From Felis catus (lineage: Eukaryota): a stretch of 64,000 bases of DNA. The stretch covers positions 35,836,001-35,900,000 of the forward strand of contig NC_058373.1 in NCBI RefSeq assembly GCF_018350175.1. The letters run 5' to 3'. Position 1 is the stretch's first letter. Each line of letters opens with the position of its first letter. Under the pieces are notes generated by a model, which was given only the letters and a program-made list of their open reading frames with translations, had not been told where the DNA came from and ran no database searches. Position numbers and translations under genes: made by a program. Positions 56,636 to 64,000 of the stretch are shown here, in pieces.

Positions 56636-57503
56636 TGATCGTGATCGTGGGTGATCATCAGCCCCGGTGCCCCAGGCCGATGAGAGTCCTCAGAAAACCC
56701 CGGGTCTCCGCCGGGCTGTGCGACTCGGGTCGGTCCTCCTCTGTGCGATGAGGTCACCTGGTTCTGCCGCGCTCCGCCCGCCAGCCCACGCATCCAGTGT
56801 CCCCCACACGCAGGCGCCTTCCTCATGGGGACTTGTCACACCTTCACGACAGCCCTGCCAGGGGCTGACCCAGGCCCCTCTCAGCTCTCCCCACCTCTGC
56901 AGCCTGAGTCTCGAAGGTCCAGAAAAGCCCATTTCCCGGGGCCACAGGGGACGCTGCATTTTTGTCCTGGCCGTGCCCATGTGGGTCAGGGCGGGGTGCG
57001 TGGGGCCAGGCCCTGGCTCCTGGGCCGGCTGTGGGAAGACACCAAAGGAGCCCCTTCACATTATTACTATTCAGGTCAAAACACCTCCCTGTGTTTAAAC
57101 AATTACGATCCATAATTAGTTGCCATCACAGCGGAACAAGTCCACTGTGGTTTCAAAATCACAGTGACTGCTTTATTTAGCTGGAACGACCACAGCCGGG
57201 ACACTGGAATCTTCGTCAAACAAAACATCTGCACTTTGGTTTCCTGACTTTCTCAGAGCCAACCTCCCTCCACGCACACGCCCACCCCGCCCGCTGCCCC
57301 CAGGTCTCCAACCGGGCCCCCCACACCCATCCCTAAACTCTTCTGTCGCTTACCACTCCTCCTCCGTGCTTCTCCAAACCCTGTCCATCCATTAAAGCCC
57401 AGCTGGGGCCGCCTCCTTCAGGAAGGCTGCCCTGACTATAGCAGCCCCATCAACCACTCGGGCCTCTCCATTCTCGTTGCTTCTCCGTGCCATCGGCTCA
57501 CTG

Positions 57504-57555
57504 GTGTGTGAGCTGAGTGTGTAAGCTGAGTGCGTGAGCTCAGTGTGTGAGCTGA
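57504..57555. repeat. 13-bp minisatellite, four copies
   Basis: GTGTGTGAGCTGA, GTGTGTAAGCTGA, GTGCGTGAGCTCA, GTGTGTGAGCTGA. Confidence 0.9.
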
Positions 57556-57978
57556 GAAGAAAGAAGGAAGGGAAGGTAGACTATGGAACAGGAGGGAGAA
57601 GGATGGGCCACAACACAGGCCTTGGCACAGGTGCCTGTGTTCGGCAGAGAAGAGGGAGCCAGGATGAGTGGGAGGGAGAGATGGGCATATCACCATTAGA
57701 GTGTCTTTCCTGCTCGAGTTTAGAGGGTCTCAGCAGGACCAAAGCTCTATATTCCTAAGGACTGGGGACAGGAGGCTAGGGATGCACCCTGAACGCGGCA
57801 ATGTTCTCTCTCAGTGACGCTGACCCAAGCGAGTTCCTTCCTATCAAAGGCCCCCGATTGGCTCGGCAAAGCCAAGGCTTCCTGGACATTGGAGTCCCAT
57901 GGTGCGGAGGCATGTTCAGTAGCTCCCTCACCAGATGCTAGAGGAAATGTTGAGTTTTCCTTAAGAAAGCACAACTCA

Positions 57979-58198
57979 GGGGCACCTGGGTGGCTCAGTC
58001 GGTTAAGCGTCCGCCTTCAGCTCAGGTCACGATCTCGCGGTCCGTGAGTTCGAGCCCCGCGTCGGGCTCTGTGCTGACAGCTCGGAGCCTGGAGCCTGCT
58101 TTGGATTCTGTGTCTCCCTCTCTCTCTGCCCCTCCCCTGCTCATGCTCTGCCTCTGTCTCAAAAATAAAGAAAAACATTAAAAAAAAAAAAAAGAAAA
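57979..58198 (+). mobile_element. Can-SINE
   Basis: TSD AAGAAAGCACAACTC at 57963-57977 and 58199-58213. Confidence 0.97.
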
Positions 58199-58254
58199 AA
58201 GAAAGCACAACTCGGTGCATTTCCATCCAATAGGCGTTTTTAAAGAAGAATCTA

Positions 58255-58486
58255 GGGGCGCCTGGGTGGCTCAGTCAGTTAAGTGTCCGACTTCAGCCCG
58301 GGTCATGATCTCGCGGTCCATGAGTTCGAGCCCCGCGTCGCGCTCTGGGCTGACGGCTCGGAGCCTGGAGCCTGCTTCCGATTCTGTGTCTCCCTCTCTC
58401 TCTGCCCCTCCCCCACTCATGCTCTATCTCTCTCTGTCTCAAAAATAAATAAATGTTAAAAAAAAAATTAAAAAAAAAAAAAGAAG
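58255..58486 (+). mobile_element. Can-SINE
   Basis: TSD AAGAAGAATCTA at 58243-58254 and 58487-58498. Confidence 0.97.
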
Positions 58487-59839
58487 AAGAAGAATCTAGC
58501 GATGAAGGTGGGTGTTCAGGGCCTGGAATCTTTGTTCCTCTGAGTGACAGTCAGCCTGACCTAGGGAGGCTGGGGACAGGTGGCCCATCAGAAAGGGGCC
58601 CAAGAGAAGCTGGTGTCTTTCCCCTCTGCCTAGGAAGTACCCCTCTCAGACCTTCCCCTGAGTCCTGGCCCAGGCCCCAAGACGGACACCCCTCAAGTTA
58701 CGGGTGACCTCGGGAATCAAGAAGCACAGCTCAGTGCTGTCCTGAAACCCTTCACGGTCTTGTCCAGGGACAAGAGCCAGGCTGTAACAGGAGGTACTCT
58801 CTCAGTTCTTGGGGTCAGCTGTCCCATCTTTGGGTGCTGCACTCACATTCTATTCCCATGGGGCCCGGCTCTCAGCCCACGGACAGGCCCGCCCAAATAT
58901 GGGCACCCAGCGATGGCCGCAGGCATTAGCGTCCAGGACTCTGAATCGAAGGCACGCACCGCCAGAGTGTGGTAGGTGGGTCAGGGAGGTCTCAGTTCAC
59001 CTCCCAGTGTCTAAACCTCCTTCTCTTACAAAAGGTCAGGTTGCCCCCGCTTCCCTTCAACTCCAACATTTTCTGGTTCCGTAAAACATTTTTGATAAGG
59101 GGTGGGGGAGGGGGGTATAATTCTATCCCTTGTCCGTTGACTTTTTGTAGGTTTTAGTCCTTGGATTTTTATGTCCGGTGAGATGGAGGGCTGTCTCCAG
59201 AGGAGCAGAACTGGCTCCCCGCCCCCTGAAGCTTCAGGCCAGGAAGTAGGTTAAAGGGGCGGGGTGCCTTCGAGAAACTAGAGGGTTAGGGGTTCCCCCT
59301 CCCCTAACCCCCCCCCCGCCCCTCTTCCGTGCCCACTCGCCCCGAGCAAGCAGGTGAAAGTAGGTGCCGGCAGAAGTTGCCCGGGTTCAAGCAGCCCTTC
59401 TCCCCGAGGGGCCAGGCTAACTCGGGGACCTTCCAGGGCAAGAGGGCTTGCTCACCCGGACTGCCCATAGCCGGGCCAGCCGGGGCCCAGACAGCAGATG
59501 GGGCTGGCCAAGGTCCCGCTGGGGTTGCCGACAGCTGGCCAGGCCCCCTTCCAACCTTCATGGGCTTGGGCTTTCGGTCCCACCCTCTCCACCCACCAGA
59601 GCTATCACCCTCCTCAGAGAGCCCACAGACCTTATATTCTGTGTCACCCAGGCCGCCCTCTGTTTCACCTCACGGGATGTTTGCTGGTTGATGGACTCCA
59701 GCCCAGACCAGAGGCAAAGACCTGAACTGCGGACAGACCGAGGAGGAAAGCGAATCAGGCCCTCCTGAGGCGTGCCAGACTGAGTCTAAAAGAGAGGAGC
59801 CCAGCAGACATCCATCCTCCCCGACCCTGCTGCCCCGCT

Positions 59840-60290
59840 TTCATTCATTCATTCATTCACTCATTCACTCATTCAAAAACTGTTCACCCAGCACCCGCTA
59901 CATGCCAGGCACAGCGCTGAATGCTGGCACACAGTGCCAGTTCCACAGTGGAACAAGACGCAATCTCTGACTTCACAGTGTTTGTAGACCGGTCGAAAGG
60001 GCAGACATTAAACAAATAATTACACAATGAATTAATTAACTGCTGTTATAACTGATGCTGTGAAACATTAATAAGGGCAGGTGTTAGTTAACAGAGAACG
60101 ATTTCCAGGAGGAGCTTACCAGTGGGAAGTTCACAGAAGTGATGTTTTAGCTAAGACCGAAAGATGGTCTGTAGGGGAGAGGAAGCAAAGGGCAAACAGC
60201 CTGTGCAAAGGTCCTGAGGCAGGAATGAGCATGGAATGTTCCAGAAATCTAGAGCGCCCGTATGGTTGGAGCTCAGAGCCATTCAGGGAA
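59840..60290 (-). mobile_element. L2 3' end
   Basis: (TTCA)n, ACATGCCAGGCACAG, and GGCAAACAGCCTGTGCAAAGGTCCTGAGGCAGGAATGAGC. Confidence 0.88.
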
Positions 60291-62244
60291 GACGGGGTCT
60301 AACAAGGTTGAAACAGCAGCAGAACTTCCCAGGCCAGCAAAGGATCGAGCCCGGGCAGATTGGGGAGCCCGTGAAAAACTTCAGCAAAGAAAGAGCTCTA
60401 TGCTTTTCAACTTGGCCATGGCAATTTTTCTCCCTGCCATCTCTCTTCTAAAGGACCACAAACATCAGGACTTGCTTTTCCTGTCCAGAATTCATGCCAC
60501 CGTAACATCCTACATCTGCACAGCTACATGAATGATTACAGCATTTTCGCACCCACTGTCTCTTCTCATGCTCACAGCAACCTCATCAGGTAGGTGTTTT
60601 GAGCCCTGCTTTGCAAATGAAGTCATTAAGACTCGGGGAAATTAATTAACCTGCCCCGAGGTCACCTCCACAGCGTTTTGTGCAAGATACTACGGTGGCC
60701 TGATGAAGAGGTAAAGAAGAAAGATCAGCATTCACTAGGTACGAGTAGGCAAACATGGGCCAACATAAGTGAAGCCTAAGAGAGAAAATAAAATAGCAAT
60801 AAAGAATATCACCCATTCCAAAGTGTATGAAAATATTTGGGATGAATCCTCTCTTTTAAATTGCCTACTGATAGATCTAGGTATCAGAACAGACACAGAT
60901 ATAGATACAAGTACGGGGAACATGTATAGAAAACTGAGAGTTGGAATAACTGATTTTTTTTTCCCCATAACTTGAAGTCTTCAACTGCTCATTCTGGGTA
61001 ATTGGCAAATTTTATGGTAATGTGAGCTGGCAGCGAGATGGTTCTAAACTCTAATTCAGATTCTAAAAAGTTTCATAAATAAGTAAGTAAAAGGTTCGTT
61101 CTTCCACTTAGAAATGCTCACCATTTCAATGGTTATTACTACCTCAATTAGAATGGTAAATAATAATACCAGGGGTGTGAATCCTAGATCTCAGACTCCG
61201 GTCTGGGAAAAATATCACTTCCTTCCACTTGTCAAACGACCCCAATGCAAGGTCCTGAGCCCCCTCCGGGAAAGCGGCCCCAAGTCCAACAGGAATCCAC
61301 TCTCATCACGGAAGTCCAAGAGCAGACCCAGGCTAGGCCGGCCCAAAGATGGAAGATGGAAACTACGTTCCAAGAGAAGGCCCACCTAGAAAGCAGAGCA
61401 GACGTAGATTCTGGGGCAGGGGCGGGGGCTGGGCCAGCCTAGCCTTTCCATATAAAATATTGAGTGCTAGCGTCAGGCTCAGCATTAGAAATCTGACACG
61501 CAGGCAGAATTCTCCTGCCAGAACTGCAATACAAAGCCGCAGGGAAACTGAAATTTAAAAAACGGATCCTCGGTCCTACGGCAACTTAGTCACTCAGCGA
61601 ATTGATCATTTGGTAAATTGGCTTTTAGCAAATTGATCTGGGGTGTCTAGGCTGCTCCCAGAAGGCTGTCCACCAGCCAGTAGAGCGCGTGGAGCCTGGC
61701 GGATGAGAACACAAGCTCCCAGGGAACAGTTGTCTCCCCTTTGCCCCCGAGGAGACAGACCTCCAGGCACGACGACGACCTGGAAGAAGATGCCATACTG
61801 GGGCACGCCGGGGTGCCTGGCTGCCTTTCGGGCAGCCTTGGGTCTGGGTCCCTGGAAGCCCCTCTCCTGCCGGGAGCCTGTGGTGCACACAGACCCTCAG
61901 GGTGGATGTGGGGAGCAAATGCACTCTCGGTTCCAGGAGCTGCGACAGGGTCTTTACACTGAGGTCACCTCTGACCCCACGAACACAGTGGCAGCCAAGA
62001 CGTGTCGGACTACAGGGTCCTCCTCACCTCCCCGACCTCCTGCTACAAACCACTACTGTTCCCGTGAGGCTCTAGGGCGGGCACAAGGCTGGCTTCTCAG
62101 AGGGTGTCCCACGGGAACTGCCCTTACATCCTAGGATGTGGGATTATAAGGGTCCCTGTCCAGATGGGGAAACTGAGGCTCGGAGAGTTGATGTGAGGAT
62201 TCCATAAGGGAACCCTCATTAACAGATGCCTATGTTCCTTCCAG

Positions 62245-62304
62245 AAAAAAATTAAAATAAAATAAAATAAAATAAAATAAAATAAAATAAAATAAAAGTA
62301 AAAA
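62245..62304. repeat. (TAAAA)n microsatellite
   Basis: Read directly from the sequence. Confidence 0.95.
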
Positions 62305-63539
62305 CCAAGGTGTCTCCTGGGATACGTACGCACAAGGTTTTTTAAAAAACGTATATAAATGGACCCACACATTCTTCTCTAAACCTTGTTCTTCTCGTTT
62401 ATTAAACCATTCCTTCCTCCTTTTTCTTAACAACTGCACTACATTCCAAAGCACGAAAGCTCCAAAATGTATTTATCCAGTCTCCTACTGAGTGGCGCTG
62501 CAATTGTTTCTAGTTTCTGCTGCTGCTCTTCGGCACTCTAAGCCATTTCCAAAGAATATATCCGAAGGTCTCTGTGAATCCCTCAAGCTGCTCACATCAG
62601 GATAACACATAACACTTCCCGTATGATAAGATAAAATCGTAACTTGAAACGTTGAAGTTACCTTAAGTTTCTATTTTCCGGCTTTAAATCCTTGCTTTGG
62701 TCATGCCCCATGACCTCCTCCTCACGGCACCTCCGGCCCCAGCAGCTGGGTTTCTTTGTCGTCACTTCGTGGGTTCGAGAGTTTGATGACAGGTGGAGAA
62801 CAGCTAATCCACGCGCCGATGAGAGGCTGCACCATGAGCAGGACCCTCCCCAGGCCAAATCTCTTCCTCTCCCACGACCCTGGAGGGCCGACAATCGGCA
62901 TTCAGCCTCAGCCCATCTACAGATGGCGGCACGCAACGGGCCTTCAAGTCATTCGTGGGTAGTTATACCTCAAAGCTTAAGCTGTAAAACGCAACGATAC
63001 CCCGCGCCTTTGTAATCTGCCGCAAGGCGGCCCAAATCTGAACGTCTGCATGGATCCCGGTGGAGGGATGAGGTGCACCTGTGTGGGGCCCTGCACTTGA
63101 ACCACGCCCACCTTGGCCCTCCAGATTGACCGGAGAGGGCAGAGGGCTGGAAGGATTGCCAACACTAGTCACTTGTACTTGAGGGGCGTCGTCCAATCAA
63201 TTTCTTATCCCCCTATTCTTTTCAGCCAGAGCACGCAATCTCCAAAGCTTCCTCCCACTCTGATGTTTCATGGTTCTGAGGCCCAGAATCCTTTGCGTTA
63301 TGACCCCCATAAGTTGTAATGGAATCGAGCCATGACAAGAAATCAGCCAATCCTGACCGGCAAGCCAGGGGTCATTTCCTGGCAAAGTTGGGGATACGCT
63401 TCTTTGGCTATCAGGCTGAGGAGACATGGCACAGAGGGGCCCATGAGAGGAAGGAGGGAGGAGGAAGGAGCCCAGAAAGGTGGTCTGATGATTTTGACGA
63501 TGATGAGTTGATGTCTGGGGAAGAGGAAGAGAAGGAGCA

Positions 63540-63690
63540 GGAGTTTCGAATATTTCGAAATTCTCTTACACCCCACCTCATCTTCAACACGGCACAGAGC
63601 ACAGGTACTAAGAATGCTGTGGGTGGAGAAGTTGAGTCCCATCAAGGTTAAGCACCTCATCCTAGTTCACCCACCGGATCCGGACACAGA
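63540..63690 (-). mobile_element. Degenerate MIR
   Basis: GGAGAAGTTGAGTCCCATCAAGGTTAAGCACCTCATCCTAGTTCACCCA resembles the MIR core. Confidence 0.55.
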
Positions 63691-64000
63691 TCCTGCATAC
63701 CCGGGAGCCAGCTGATGACCACGTGCTACCCTCTCCCGTGCACATCTGTGCCCACGTCCGTGCCCACCAAGTAGCAGGGGACACAGCCTCGGGGTCCAGA
63801 GGACAAAGCAGAAGAGGGGCAACCTTTGACCCGACTCAGTATAAACTCCTCCCCCTTCCCCCTCAACTCCCCACCCCCACCCACCACCAGAACGGCGAGG
63901 GAGAGAGAGCGAAATGCTAGCATCACCCAATCCCAGCAGCAGAGCCTACGGGCAGCAGCCACCCTCCCAGCCTAGGGCACTGATGCCACACCTCATCAGC

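Noticed and set aside
63319-63651. 110-aa ORF with an acidic stretch (DDFDDDELMSGEEEEKEQE) that looks protein-like
   Set aside because: The acidic codons come from decayed (GAT)/(GAG) low complexity abutting a MIR remnant. The splice donor is weak and I recognise no homologue.
1-64000. CRISPR array, prokaryotic operon, intact ERV or intact L1
   Set aside because: The recurrent ~200-bp repeats are dispersed SINEs, not repeat-spacer arrays. All LTRs are solo and all LINE ORFs are disrupted.

Overview
Mammalian genomic DNA, almost certainly from a felid. The evidence is about 24 tRNA-Lys-derived Can-SINEs of the SINEC_Fc type. The assembly is a draft with three N-gaps. I find no supportable protein-coding gene or functional RNA gene: the ORF track is explained by repeats, low complexity and chance, so the window looks intergenic or deep-intronic. 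It is a layered repeat landscape of L2, MIR, probable L4/RTE-X, old L1M/L1MB/L1ME fragments, MLT1D, MLT1J, LTR33-like and LTR67B-like LTRs, and MER5A, MER20, MER53 and MER103C DNA elements, overprinted by felid SINEs. The most notable observations are: (1) a frameshifted hAT (Tip100/Zaphod-like) transposase C-terminal fossil at about 28.65-29.54 kb that the ORF track misses; (2) patches where old repeats show one-sided AT->GC change, consistent with GC-biased gene conversion; (3) an L2 copy retaining its endonuclease region beside a CpG-rich segment with a strong CTCF motif; (4) nested or possibly dimeric SINE structures; (5) several candidate cis-regulatory motif clusters. I cannot support a claim of a wholly new biological system. 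Repeat family names come from remembered consensus sequences, and boundaries are approximate unless target-site duplications (TSDs) are quoted.
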